59,648 nt of DNA. Source: a virus (lineage: Duplodnaviria; Caudoviricetes). Position numbers and translations under genes: made by a program. Within the stretch, counting starts at the first letter, position 1; every line of letters begins with the position of its first letter. Location of the stretch: IMG/VR virus record IMGVR_UViG_3300017761_004576, positions 1 to 59,648 of that record; one strand, 5' to 3'. Positions 19,776 through 29,480 of the stretch are shown in pieces. The notes under the pieces are model-generated. The model saw only the letters and a list, made by a program, of their open reading frames with translations, made no database searches and was not told where the DNA came from.

Positions 19776-20881
19776 GCCAAGCACAATACAACTTAAAAAC
19801 AAAAACAGATTATCTCAATCGCAAGATGTTTCTGGATCCTGCCGGACCGGTCACAATTCAACGCTTTGAAGAAGTCAAGTACAACAAACTTGTGAAATTT
19901 GAGCAAGAGGCACGTGGCTTCTTTTGGATCCCCGAAGAAGTGTCCTTGACCAAAGATGCCAACGATTTTAAAGAATCGTCAGACACAGTCAAACATATTT
20001 TTACGTCAAATCTACTGCGTCAAACAGCCCTGGATTCATTGCAAGGTCGTGGACCGGCACAGGTGTTTACTCCTGTGGTGGGTATTCCTGAACTGGAAGC
20101 ACTAATGTACAACTGGAGTTTCTTTGAAACCAACATCCACAGTCGTTCATACAGCCACATCATTCGCAACATCTACAACGTGCCCAAGGATGTGTTCAAC
20201 ACTATTCACGACACCCGAGAGATTGTGGACATGGCATCAAGTGTGGGCCGGTACTATGATGATTTACACAAATTAAACTGCATCAAAGAAACAGATGACG
20301 ATCCAAATAATTGTCCAGAAGAGTCACATATTAAAGCAATCTGGCTAGCACTCAACGCAAGTTATGCCTTGGAAGCATTCAGATTCATGGTATCGTTTGC
20401 CACAAGTTTAGCCATGGTAGAGAACCGTATTTTCATTGGCAACGGCAACATCATTAGCCTGATTCTGCAAGACGAAATCCTGCACCGGGACTGGACCGCT
20501 TGGATGATCAATCAAGTGGTCAAAGAAGATCCGCGCTTTGCACAAGCCAAACAAGAATGTGAAGCAGAAGTATACCAGTTGTACCTGGATGTGATTCGTG
20601 AGGAAAAGGCCTGGGCCGATTACTTGTTCCAGAAAGGTCCTGTGATCGGACTCAATGCCAACATTCTCAAGGACTTTGTGGACTACACAGCAGTGGGCGC
20701 ACTCAAAGAAATTGGTGTCAAGTATCAGGAGCCTGCACCACGTAGCACCCCTATTCCTTGGTTCATGAAGCATGTGGACACCAGCAAGAAACAAACTGCA
20801 CTGCAAGAGAACGAATCAACTAACTATGTTATTGGCGTCATGAGTGATCAGCTGGACTACGACGAATTACCCAATTTATAA
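19772..20881 (+). CDS. nrdB: Ribonucleotide reductase class Ia beta subunit
   Basis: FFWIPEEV, LDSLQGR, ETNIHSRSY, DEILH, QENESTNY. Confidence 0.97.
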   Translation: MSQAQYNLKTKTDYLNRKMFLDPAGPVTIQRFEEVKYNKLVKFEQEARGFFWIPEEVSLTKDANDFKESSDTVKHIFTSNLLRQTALDSLQGRGPAQVFTPVVGIPELEALMYNWSFFETNIHSRSYSHIIRNIYNVPKDVFNTIHDTREIVDMASSVGRYYDDLHKLNCIKETDDDPNNCPEESHIKAIWLALNASYALEAFRFMVSFATSLAMVENRIFIGNGNIISLILQDEILHRDWTAWMINQVVKEDPRFAQAKQECEAEVYQLYLDVIREEKAWADYLFQKGPVIGLNANILKDFVDYTAVGALKEIGVKYQEPAPRSTPIPWFMKHVDTSKKQTALQENESTNYVIGVMSDQLDYDELPNL

Positions 20882-20891
20882 AGGAAAAAGT

Positions 20892-21803
20892 ATGAAAAAG
20901 CTATTAGTTATATTAAGTTTGGTCGCATTAGCGGCTTGTACAAAGACCACAAGTGAAGCACCCAAAGCCGGTGCAGTAACACCGTCGTTTGTCTTAGATT
21001 ACACTGCAAATTGCACCGCCGGTGGTGCACCTGTCATCAGTGGCAACTCTGTAACATTTGGGTCTGGTACACAATGCCAAGCAGGCAGAATTGTTGCAAC
21101 ACAGAGTTATGCCAATATCACTGAATTTAGAGCCACTGTGGATCTAAGCAAGTTGTCCAACAACTATGTGAATGCCAGCATCTACATGGTGCAGAATCCC
21201 ACCAACCCAACTGCACAGCCAATCGGTACTGCATACTGTGATGCAGGTGGCAACAACAATCAATGGAACTGTAGAGAAATTGATTTCATGGAAACCAACG
21301 GCAACAAACTGTTTCAAACTACACTGCATCTAGGCACCGGTGGCAGCTCAGCACCACAGCGTTATGAATATGCATATGCCAGCACAGCACTGAACAACAC
21401 ATGTTTCAACAGTGCCAACATGAAGAACGATCCTGCCAATGGGTTGCACAACGCAACTGGCATTGACATGACCAAGCCGTTTGACATGGTTGCAAGTATC
21501 ACATATGACACACCTAGAATGACACTAACCTATCAACAAGGTTCCACAATAGTTGTGGTCTATGACACCAACAATGGATCAGGCGCACAAGGCAGCGGCA
21601 CAGTGGACATGACTGACTTGGTAGCCACAATGAAGAATGGCTACTGGCCTGTTATCTCATTCTGGCAAGGCTACAGCCCCACTGGGCCTGGCTCTGCACC
21701 ATGGTGGAATGGCAGTTGCAGCTGGGGTGCGCTGTGCAACAACACCAGCTCATACTGGAGTGTGAGCAACATTCAAGTGACCACTGCTGCCGCAACAAAA
21801 TAA
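20892..21803 (+). CDS. Lipoprotein glycoside hydrolase, clan GH-B (GH7-like)
   Basis: Lipobox LAAC; VDLSKL..NASIYMV, YCDA..C-REIDFMETN, IDMTKPF, MKNGYWPVISFW, VSNIQV. Confidence 0.7.
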   Translation: MKKLLVILSLVALAACTKTTSEAPKAGAVTPSFVLDYTANCTAGGAPVISGNSVTFGSGTQCQAGRIVATQSYANITEFRATVDLSKLSNNYVNASIYMVQNPTNPTAQPIGTAYCDAGGNNNQWNCREIDFMETNGNKLFQTTLHLGTGGSSAPQRYEYAYASTALNNTCFNSANMKNDPANGLHNATGIDMTKPFDMVASITYDTPRMTLTYQQGSTIVVVYDTNNGSGAQGSGTVDMTDLVATMKNGYWPVISFWQGYSPTGPGSAPWWNGSCSWGALCNNTSSYWSVSNIQVTTAAATK

Positions 21804-21813
21804 GGAAAAACAA

Positions 21814-22038
21814 ATGAAAGCCATAGTATGGTCCAAAGACCAATGCGCCTTCTGCGAACAGGCCAAGGGCTTGTTAGAAAGTCGAGGCATAGAATATGAA
21901 TTCCGCAACATCAGTCACGATTGGACTCGCGAACAATTATTAGAAGCAGTGCCAACTGCCAGATCAGTACCACAAATCTTCTTGGATGAAGAATATGTAG
22001 GTGGATTCAACGAACTCAGAAAGAAACTCAATGATTGA
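21814..22038 (+). CDS. grx: Glutaredoxin
   Basis: CAFC, SVPQIF, YVGGF. Confidence 0.93.
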   Translation: MKAIVWSKDQCAFCEQAKGLLESRGIEYEFRNISHDWTREQLLEAVPTARSVPQIFLDEEYVGGFNELRKKLND

Positions 22039-22327
22039 AGCAGGAAAAACATACACCATGCGCATGGGCTATGGTGAAGAGATAGTGGCAAAGATTGTGA
22101 GTATTGGAACAGATACTTACACAATCAGCAAGCCTGTGGCAGTGGTGCCGGGACAGCAGGGCATACAGTTGATGAACTCATTGTTCACAGCAGATCCTGA
22201 GTCAGATGTCACGGTAAATATATCCAGCGTGGCCATGATTGCTCCTGTGCGCGAAGATGTGGGCGACAGTTACCTAGAAGCCACAACAGGTATCAAGCCT
22301 GTGCGCAGCAAAATTTTGATGGGATAA
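22031..22327 (+). CDS. Sm-like small beta-barrel protein
   Basis: GEEIVAKI..YTISKPV pattern common in T4-like phages. Confidence 0.55.
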   Translation: MIEAGKTYTMRMGYGEEIVAKIVSIGTDTYTISKPVAVVPGQQGIQLMNSLFTADPESDVTVNISSVAMIAPVREDVGDSYLEATTGIKPVRSKILMG

Positions 22328-22328
22328 C

Positions 22329-22613
22329 ATGCCAGCAGTGCAACGACAAGGAGATCCAAACTCATCAGGTGGTGTCAACACTTCGGGAGTGGCATCTGTG
22401 CGTGTGAATGGTCGTCCCATTGTGGTGCCTGGCATTTCAGTCTCACCGCATCCCTGTTGTGGTAAAAAAGGCTGCGGCATACACTGTTCAGCAGTGACGT
22501 CGGGTGGCTCTGGTTCAGTACGTGCGGGCAATAAGCCTGTGATACGCAATGGCGATGCGGACACTTGTGGCCATCCCAGAGTGGCCGGTAGTGCCACAGT
22601 GAGAGCAGCATAA
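22329..22613 (+). CDS. PAAR-motif spike tip protein
   Basis: MPAVQRQGD, VNGRP, H/C metal ligands, RNGDADTCGH. Confidence 0.9.
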   Translation: MPAVQRQGDPNSSGGVNTSGVASVRVNGRPIVVPGISVSPHPCCGKKGCGIHCSAVTSGGSGSVRAGNKPVIRNGDADTCGHPRVAGSATVRAA

Positions 22614-23794
22614 TGGCAGAGTCTGTAGCAACACCACTACAACTCACCGCAGGTGTGGGATTTTACGCAGGCAACGCCATCACTGCCAACACCAACTTGT
22701 CCAACAACATTGCCAGCTACGATGCATTGGCACCCATTGCCAATTTGTTGTTCACCATCAATGCGGCAGTGAGCAATGTGAGTCTGAGCATCAGCGCTGG
22801 TACAATAGCCAATCTCAAAATATTGGGTGCCAATGTTGCAGGCAACTACTGTCCTGCCCTGGGAGATTCAGTGCCCAGCAATATAGCCTGGACAGTGGGC
22901 AACACTGGATACACCGGTACCATAACCAGCAGTGCTGCCACATATCTTGGAGGTGGCGACTTTGGAAAATTTGCTCAGGCATTTGGAGCCGCACAGGGCT
23001 ACATCAGTCTCACCAACGCAATCATCAACAGTGTAGTCAACGCCAACAGCACAGATTATCTTGGTCCCACGTTTACCAACATGAACAATCTGATCACTGG
23101 AGACATTGCCAAGATCAACTTGGCGTTTCCTGCATTTGGCGCAGATCTTGCCTTGACCGGCGACTTGATTGACTTTGAGAACGTTGACCGCTTTGGTACC
23201 CCGGCTGCATTGTTGCATCAGTTGGCTGTGAAAGGCAATATTCAAAATGGATCAACCCCGGCTGTGACTGCGGCCCTGCAAGCTCAAGGACTTACCAATC
23301 AGAACATAGCTGATCTTGTGAATCTCAACCAACAAAGTTTGTTCAATCCCGCTGGCCTCACAGACAATCAATTTGATCGTTTACAAAAGGCAGCTTATCC
23401 TGGATTGCTTGCAGTGACTGGCGCTGATTTGCAAACAGTACTGGATATTCTGAACTGCACCTTGCCCAATATCACTGCCATGTCTGATTTGCTGAATCCT
23501 GTGAATATATTTCCAACCAGCTATCCCAGTCTCACACTGCCGACTCCCAACGGCCCGGTACTGATCTATAATACAAACATTGACACAGCCACAGGAGTTG
23601 CAGGAGCCACAGTTAACAGTGCAGTCGCTCCCATACTCAACTCGGGCACACTTACTCCTTTGGGTTGTGATGAGTTGGGCAAAATTGTGCCACAGGAACA
23701 GGCCGCAGCCAGTCGTGCCTTGCAAATTGCATTCCAGCAAGTAAAAGGCGTCTCCAATACCACTGCTGCACAACTGGCGGCCATACTGCAATGA
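22613..23794 (+). CDS. Baseplate/tail structural protein (hypothetical)
   Basis: Ala/Asn/Thr-rich, coupled to PAAR. Confidence 0.5.
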   Translation: MAESVATPLQLTAGVGFYAGNAITANTNLSNNIASYDALAPIANLLFTINAAVSNVSLSISAGTIANLKILGANVAGNYCPALGDSVPSNIAWTVGNTGYTGTITSSAATYLGGGDFGKFAQAFGAAQGYISLTNAIINSVVNANSTDYLGPTFTNMNNLITGDIAKINLAFPAFGADLALTGDLIDFENVDRFGTPAALLHQLAVKGNIQNGSTPAVTAALQAQGLTNQNIADLVNLNQQSLFNPAGLTDNQFDRLQKAAYPGLLAVTGADLQTVLDILNCTLPNITAMSDLLNPVNIFPTSYPSLTLPTPNGPVLIYNTNIDTATGVAGATVNSAVAPILNSGTLTPLGCDELGKIVPQEQAAASRALQIAFQQVKGVSNTTAAQLAAILQ

Positions 23795-24639
23795 CCACAA
23801 TCACACAAACAGCCGCAAAAACTGTGGCATACTCACAAAAACTAGGCACAATGAAAGGCCTAGACCTGGCAGCCAATACCCCTACCCCTATACCTGCTGC
23901 GGTGACTGCCTATTATCAAAGCACATTGGCCAAAGGCTCGGGACCCAATGGCACATATTTGACCACAGACTTTTTTGGATCAGCTGCCGGTATTCCTTAC
24001 AACGATTATTTGACTTCTGTGACTTCCACCATCTCGGCACAACTCACAGCCGGCACACTGACCACACTCAATACCATATATTCTTATATGAAGACCCTGG
24101 TGTCTACCAACACTTACGGTGCGCCACCCACGATTGTTCTTCCTGCTCCTTACAACACACCAACCTATGCCACATATGATGCAGCCTTGACTAGATTGAT
24201 CACTGAGGCCAATGCTGCCATTGGCACAGCCATCACTGCCATGGGCTCGGCTACTACCACCTTGAACACTGCCTGGACTGCAATGGTACAACACAGCGCC
24301 AACGAAAGTATCTTCCAAACTCAAGCCAGCATTGACTACGCCACACTCACCGCCGGCGCACAACTGCCCATCACTGCTTTTATTCCTGCCCTGGCCGGCT
24401 ACGGACAAGAAACACAAACTGGCATGGCTGCTGAATTTTTAGAAGCCATTGCCAACACTGCCAACCAGTCGGGCCAGGCCATGGTGGGTGCCTTGCGTGA
24501 AGGACGCAACACCGCAGGTCTTGATGCCATTGGTCTAAAGTCTGACAACGATGTGCCCAGTCAGCCCAATGCTGTCTCCCCGCAGGCCACCTTGAGCAAC
24601 TCAGAATACACAGTGGCCGAAGCCCGTGCGTTGTGCTAA
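23791..24639 (+). CDS. Baseplate/tail structural protein (hypothetical)
   Basis: Ala/Thr-rich, coupled; GQAMVGALREGRN. Confidence 0.5.
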   Translation: MTTITQTAAKTVAYSQKLGTMKGLDLAANTPTPIPAAVTAYYQSTLAKGSGPNGTYLTTDFFGSAAGIPYNDYLTSVTSTISAQLTAGTLTTLNTIYSYMKTLVSTNTYGAPPTIVLPAPYNTPTYATYDAALTRLITEANAAIGTAITAMGSATTTLNTAWTAMVQHSANESIFQTQASIDYATLTAGAQLPITAFIPALAGYGQETQTGMAAEFLEAIANTANQSGQAMVGALREGRNTAGLDAIGLKSDNDVPSQPNAVSPQATLSNSEYTVAEARALC

Positions 24640-24645
24640 AAAACT

Positions 24646-24690
24646 AGTACTAGAGTAGTACTTGACCAATAATTCCCAATTTGCTATAAT
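24646..24690 (+). promoter_or_regulatory. Early promoter cassette: palindrome + TTGACC-17-TATAAT
   Basis: AGTACTA-GAG-TAGTACT abutting TTGACC 24662, TATAAT 24685. Confidence 0.85.
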
Positions 24691-24721
24691 ATAGGCATAG
24701 AGTAGCAAAAAAGGAGCCAAA

Positions 24722-24997
24722 ATGTATTACATTGTTTCAAAAGGTACTGGACTTATTGTAACAGATGGTCCTATGAAAACCCGTGCATATAAAACGTTCG
24801 GTGCCGCACGTGCCACCCGCACTCGTCTTTGCCGCAAAGCAGGGTGGGCTGTGGATCAACTCAGCATCATTGCCACCAAGTACTACAAACCCCGCATGGT
24901 AGAACGTGTCAACCTAATGACTGGCAAAGAATTCCTGGAAGATGTCAACACTCCCAACTGTTGCTCACCCGCCAGCGAAACTTTCTGGAGCATGTAA
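24722..24997 (+). CDS. Early hypothetical protein
   Basis: AAGGAG RBS; NTPNCCSPASETFWSM C-terminus. Confidence 0.75.
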   Translation: MYYIVSKGTGLIVTDGPMKTRAYKTFGAARATRTRLCRKAGWAVDQLSIIATKYYKPRMVERVNLMTGKEFLEDVNTPNCCSPASETFWSM

Positions 24998-25051
24998 TAC
25001 TTGAGTATTACCTTTTTGGTGGTTGACCAATAATTGCCAAAATGCTATAAT
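24994..25051 (+). promoter_or_regulatory. Early promoter cassette: palindrome + TTGACC-17-TATAAT
   Basis: GTAATACT-TG-AGTATTAC; TTGACC 25023; TATAAT 25046. Confidence 0.85.
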
Positions 25052-25081
25052 ATGGACATATTGTAACAAAAGGAGCCTGAA

Positions 25082-25363
25082 ATGACATACGCAACAATCC
25101 AAGAAGTCAACACTGCAATCATGTTTGGCAATTTTACAAACGACCAACTCACCAGCATTGTGAATGCGGTGCAGTATGCTCGTGCCCAGTTAGGCAAGCA
25201 AAAAATCCGTGAGTTCACCAAAGGTGACACAGTGAAGTTTCACAGCACCAAACGTGGTTTCACTGTCACAGGCACAGTGACAAAGGTGGCCATCAAGTAT
25301 GTCACAGTCAAAGACGGTGTGACGCTGTGGAAGGTGCCTGCTAACATGTTGGAGGCCGCATAA
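25082..25363 (+). CDS. Early protein with SH3/KOW-like C-domain
   Basis: KGDTVKF...GTVTKVAIKYVTV; ends LEAA. Confidence 0.7.
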   Translation: MTYATIQEVNTAIMFGNFTNDQLTSIVNAVQYARAQLGKQKIREFTKGDTVKFHSTKRGFTVTGTVTKVAIKYVTVKDGVTLWKVPANMLEAA

Positions 25364-25488
25364 TGGTCACATATCAAGGTCAACAGTATTTTGTGATTTC
25401 TACATATGGAGAGATAATAGAGATTGCGCCTACCCGTCACGGTGCCGGGTCGTTCATGGTGCACCAAGACTTTTTGAAGGCTGCATAA
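25363..25488 (+). CDS. 41-aa small ORF (not in ORF track)
   Basis: GGAGG RBS, TAATG coupling both ends; MVTYQGQQYF...FLKAA. Confidence 0.6.
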   Translation: MVTYQGQQYFVISTYGEIIEIAPTRHGAGSFMVHQDFLKAA

Positions 25489-25706
25489 TGAATGAATGGA
25501 TATTGATCGTTGCTATGCTCAGCCCCGGTGGCAACTTCATAGACAAAGTGCCTGTGACCATGCCTACCAAAACTGCATGCGAGCGAGCAATCAAAACACT
25601 GCCCAAAAAAGGTGAGCACCCAATGGGTGTGCAGTACCGAGGCGTGTGTGTCACACAGGCACACTGGACTGGTACTGAGCCAATGAAAAATGTTGCACTT
25701 GATTAA
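25488..25706 (+). CDS. Small Cys-pair hypothetical protein
   Basis: Hydrophobic N-terminus, TACE..GVCV. Confidence 0.6.
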   Translation: MNEWILIVAMLSPGGNFIDKVPVTMPTKTACERAIKTLPKKGEHPMGVQYRGVCVTQAHWTGTEPMKNVALD

Positions 25707-25717
25707 CGGAGAGACAC

Positions 25718-26143
25718 ATGGGACTTGACATGTACGCATACGTGGCCGCTCGGGCAGGCCAGCAAGAAGAATTTTACGAGGGTGCAGAGTGGGACAATGA
25801 AATAAAAGATCACCGCAACCCCAACGTCAACCGGCCAAGAGAAATTGCCTACTGGCGCAAACACCCTAACCTGCACGGATGGATGGCCCGACTGTGGTTA
25901 GCTCGTGAAGGCAATGAACTGCGTGAAGTTGACAACTTCAACGGTATTGAACTGGAACTTGATGCTGACGACTTGGAGTTGCTGGAGTATGTAATAAAAG
26001 AACGTGAACTGCCGGGCACATCGGGATTCTTTTTTGGCAACGATGCGGATGACTATTACTACAATGATGATTTAAAATTCATCCAGATGGCCCGTGCAGA
26101 AATGTTCATGGGTTTCAAAGTATTCTACAACAGTTCATGGTAA
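25718..26143 (+). CDS. Conserved phage hypothetical protein
   Basis: MGLDMY, YWRKHPNLHGWM, GFFFG, FYNSSW. Confidence 0.75.
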   Translation: MGLDMYAYVAARAGQQEEFYEGAEWDNEIKDHRNPNVNRPREIAYWRKHPNLHGWMARLWLAREGNELREVDNFNGIELELDADDLELLEYVIKERELPGTSGFFFGNDADDYYYNDDLKFIQMARAEMFMGFKVFYNSSW

Positions 26144-26155
26144 CCCTGTAAATAT

Positions 26156-27532
26156 ATGAATGACATTGACTTTGCCCACAAACAATTCAACGGTATCACT
26201 GTGGCAGCTGATTGGATAAGAGACCTTGAAAGTTCTGACAGTCGCTTGCACAAAGAACGAGTGATTGAAAAAGCCTTGATGGCTTCAAAACTGGGCAGTG
26301 CCAATGCACAGTGTTTTTTGTTCAACTGCTATCAGGCCTACAATCCTTATTATACATTCCATGTGAAACAGGTGCCTGAAAGTTCTGGCATTGAACATGC
26401 CGAAAACCCTTGGCCTGTGTTCTGGGGATTGCTGGAAGGCCTACGCACACGATCGTTCACCGGCCATCGTGCTAGAGATGCCATCTTAGAAACAATGAAA
26501 CGCTTTGATTCCTTAGAATGGAACAATCTTTGTAGGCGTGTTATTACCAAAGACCTGCGCTGTGGTATTTCAGAAAAGACCTTGAACAAGGTGCTGGGCC
26601 GGACCGCCTGGCGGATTCCTGTGTTCAGTTGCCAACTGGCACAAGACTCCACAGACCAACCCAAGAAGTTAAAGGGCATCAAACGCCTGGAATGTAAACT
26701 GGATGGTGTGCGTGTGTTGGCAGTGGTACAAGGTACCAGCGTTACATTGTACAGCCGCAATGGCAAAGAGTTTGAAAACTTTCCGCAGATTGTGCAAGCC
26801 ATAGAAGACAACAGCAAGGCATTTTTTGCTACTCACTACTATGGTGGCCGTTTTGTACTGGACGGTGAGATTGTGGGAGAAAGTTTTCAGAAGTTAATGA
26901 AACAAGCACACCGCAAATCGGATGCTGTCACAGACGGCATGGTGTATCACGTGTTTGATATCATACCGCTGGATAGTTTTATCGAAGGCCACTACAACGC
27001 ACAACAACACAAACGCATTGAAATGTTGGAACGTGTACGTGCCAAATTGCCCGACAATGGGCCTATACAGATCATGAACGGCCTGGAAGTGGACCTTGAC
27101 ACAGCCGAAGGGCATGACATCATGCAACGCTATGCCGAAGCCGCTGTAGAGGGTGGATTCGAAGGCATCATGATCAAGAGCATGGATGCTCCGTACCTGT
27201 GCAAACGCACAGATTCCTGGATGAAATGGAAACCCACAATCACAGTTGATTTGAAAATTGTGGGTTTTGAACAAGGGACTGGTAAGAATGAAAACCGGTT
27301 GGGTGCTATAATTTGTGAAGGAGAAGACAATGACCGTAGAATTCATGTTAATGTTGGCAGTGGGTTTAGTGATGCTGTTCGTGATGAGTATTGGGCCAAT
27401 AGGGATCAGTTACTTGGTCACTTGGTTGAAGTCCAAGCGGACGCAGTTACTCAAAACCAAGACGGATCGTACAGTCTGAGGTTTCCAAGATTTTTACGTT
27501 TTAGAGATTTCGAAGCAGGCAATAAAATTTAA
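26156..27532 (+). CDS. lig: ATP-dependent DNA ligase
   Basis: KLDGVR, LDGE, FDI, EGIMIK, WMKWK, SLRFPRF. Confidence 0.95.
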   Translation: MNDIDFAHKQFNGITVAADWIRDLESSDSRLHKERVIEKALMASKLGSANAQCFLFNCYQAYNPYYTFHVKQVPESSGIEHAENPWPVFWGLLEGLRTRSFTGHRARDAILETMKRFDSLEWNNLCRRVITKDLRCGISEKTLNKVLGRTAWRIPVFSCQLAQDSTDQPKKLKGIKRLECKLDGVRVLAVVQGTSVTLYSRNGKEFENFPQIVQAIEDNSKAFFATHYYGGRFVLDGEIVGESFQKLMKQAHRKSDAVTDGMVYHVFDIIPLDSFIEGHYNAQQHKRIEMLERVRAKLPDNGPIQIMNGLEVDLDTAEGHDIMQRYAEAAVEGGFEGIMIKSMDAPYLCKRTDSWMKWKPTITVDLKIVGFEQGTGKNENRLGAIICEGEDNDRRIHVNVGSGFSDAVRDEYWANRDQLLGHLVEVQADAVTQNQDGSYSLRFPRFLRFRDFEAGNKI

Positions 27533-27546
27533 TCAGGAGAATTCCC

Positions 27547-28995
27547 ATGTTGAAACTTGTAATCCCCATGTTGTTGGTGGCTCTAACAGGTTGCGGTGGA
27601 GGCGGTGGTGCAACCTCCACTGTTGCCATCAGCAACAATGCTGACTATTCAGTTGGCAGTAAAGAATCGGTAGCAGTGACTATCAACGGTTCCCAACAAA
27701 TAGTTGCAACCACTGCGCCAACTGTCTCGACTACTACGCCAACTGTCTCGGCCACTGTCTCGGCAGTTACCAGAGTCCTGCTGAGTTCCATAGGCTCAGT
27801 CTCAATAAAAACTTTGATTCCATCCTTGGCATCGGCCAAGTTTGATGGCATTGGCGGACAATATGTGATTTTGTCTGGATGGTATGCAGGCAGTTTAGAT
27901 GCCCCGCCAGTGAAAATTTATCGCATTGCCACAACAGGAGACTCTGAAGATGTGACCTCTACTGTGTTGGGCAGTAATTTTGCTATATCAGTCAATTACC
28001 CCTTGATTGCTGATTTCAATGGCGACGGAATTGATGATGTGTTTTTTCCCGGCTTTACTGATGAACCGGGCATACTTGAAAATCCTTCAGTGGCGTTTTT
28101 GAGTCGCTACGGGCAAGCTCATGAAAAAATTCAACTTGATGGCCTGACCTGGACTCATGGTGCCACAGTGGTTGATGTCAATCGTGACGGCTGGCCAGAT
28201 GTGGTAACACAACAAGGCAACATGTGGATCAACAATCAAGGCCGTGGATTTAGCTATCGCGAACGTACAATTGGCAAAAACGTTGTTGGTAGTGGAATGT
28301 GTTCGGGCGACTTTGATGGCTCGGGTGATGTGCAAATTGTAGTCACAGATGTCATGAATCAGTCAGGTGGCTTGCCGTTGAATGATACCTGGATTGTGAA
28401 ATACAATGCTGATTTGACCCCACGCCGAGTTGCTACATTACCAGTTCCTTATTTTGACCGAAACAGTGTCACCAACGAACGCAGTCATGATGTCAGCTGT
28501 ATGGTAGCAGATTTAAACAACGATGGTCGTCAGGACCTAGTGACCATAAGTTATTTGTTTGAACAAGACAGTATCAAAGGCGCACAAAGCTATGTGCAAA
28601 TTTATCTCAATCAGGGAAACTTTGAATTTACTGAGTCCACACTGCCAGGTTACGATCAAGTGGTATTAGCTGCCTACACTCCAAAAATTGTTGACTTCAA
28701 TCAAGATGGACGCCCTGACATATGGCTAATGAACACCGCCCAATCAGGTGCAAGTGCCAACCAAATATGGATCAACAACGGGGCAGGTGGTTTTGAACAG
28801 CGAAGATCTGCAGAGATTGAATCCCTACTTTTTGATTTTAGAACGTTGGTCAACGGTGATCTCAATGTAAAAGGCATAATGTTGCCAGTCAAAGTTGACA
28901 ACAAATGGAACTTTTTTGTGACCAGTTTGACTGGCACATACAACAATTATCGAGTGCATATGGGATATGCAAAAACACAATGGAGTATACAGTGA
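27547..28995 (+). CDS. FG-GAP/VCBS-repeat lipoprotein
   Basis: Lipobox LTGC-GGGGG; repeated D(F/V/L)NxDGxxD Ca-binding blades. Confidence 0.85.
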   Translation: MLKLVIPMLLVALTGCGGGGGATSTVAISNNADYSVGSKESVAVTINGSQQIVATTAPTVSTTTPTVSATVSAVTRVLLSSIGSVSIKTLIPSLASAKFDGIGGQYVILSGWYAGSLDAPPVKIYRIATTGDSEDVTSTVLGSNFAISVNYPLIADFNGDGIDDVFFPGFTDEPGILENPSVAFLSRYGQAHEKIQLDGLTWTHGATVVDVNRDGWPDVVTQQGNMWINNQGRGFSYRERTIGKNVVGSGMCSGDFDGSGDVQIVVTDVMNQSGGLPLNDTWIVKYNADLTPRRVATLPVPYFDRNSVTNERSHDVSCMVADLNNDGRQDLVTISYLFEQDSIKGAQSYVQIYLNQGNFEFTESTLPGYDQVVLAAYTPKIVDFNQDGRPDIWLMNTAQSGASANQIWINNGAGGFEQRRSAEIESLLFDFRTLVNGDLNVKGIMLPVKVDNKWNFFVTSLTGTYNNYRVHMGYAKTQWSIQ

Positions 28996-29462
28996 CTAAA
29001 AAAATCTACTACGAAAAGCGTGGCCGCAAGTATGTGCCTGTGAGTGAATACGACAGCGAGTACCTGGACAGTTTCTCTCAGGGCACACATATTGTGATGT
29101 GCTATCCTGGTGGTCAAAGTCGTCGTTACAACATTGACCCCAACTATGCGGCCATGATTGCCGCTGGTCGTGTTGCAGAAGATGCTATACGCCGTGCTAT
29201 TTCAAAAGCTGCCGAACTTCGTCCTCCACGTACTGCCATTACCAAAGAGCAGAAAAAAGCCTGGGAAGCATTGGCGGCGGCGTTTGGAGATGAGCTTTGC
29301 ACACTACAAGGTCTTAGCATACACGATTGTGCTGAAGCTGGAGTCAAGGCCATGCAAGCAGAAGCAGAAAAACTCATGACCAATCCTGCTGTGCAACTGG
29401 CCTACGAGCAGTTTCTCCTGGTGTGTGAATTAAGTAAAATACAAGTTGACAACGCCCGATAG
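28992..29462 (+). CDS. Conserved phage hypothetical protein
   Basis: GTG start after GGAG; YEKRGRKYVPVSEY. Confidence 0.7.
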   Translation: MTKKIYYEKRGRKYVPVSEYDSEYLDSFSQGTHIVMCYPGGQSRRYNIDPNYAAMIAAGRVAEDAIRRAISKAAELRPPRTAITKEQKKAWEALAAAFGDELCTLQGLSIHDCAEAGVKAMQAEAEKLMTNPAVQLAYEQFLLVCELSKIQVDNAR

Positions 29463-29474
29463 TCACAGTATAAT
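29446..29474 (+). promoter_or_regulatory. Consensus sigma70 promoter
   Basis: TTGACA-17-TATAAT. Confidence 0.85.
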
Positions 29475-29480
29475 AGCTAT

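Noticed and set aside
16671-20881. Introns/inteins in nrdA or nrdB
   Set aside because: Both ORFs are normal length and uninterrupted
27718-27766. Short repeats in FG-GAP gene as DGR or phase-variation target
   Set aside because: Encodes a Thr/Ser linker; no reverse transcriptase or template repeat seen
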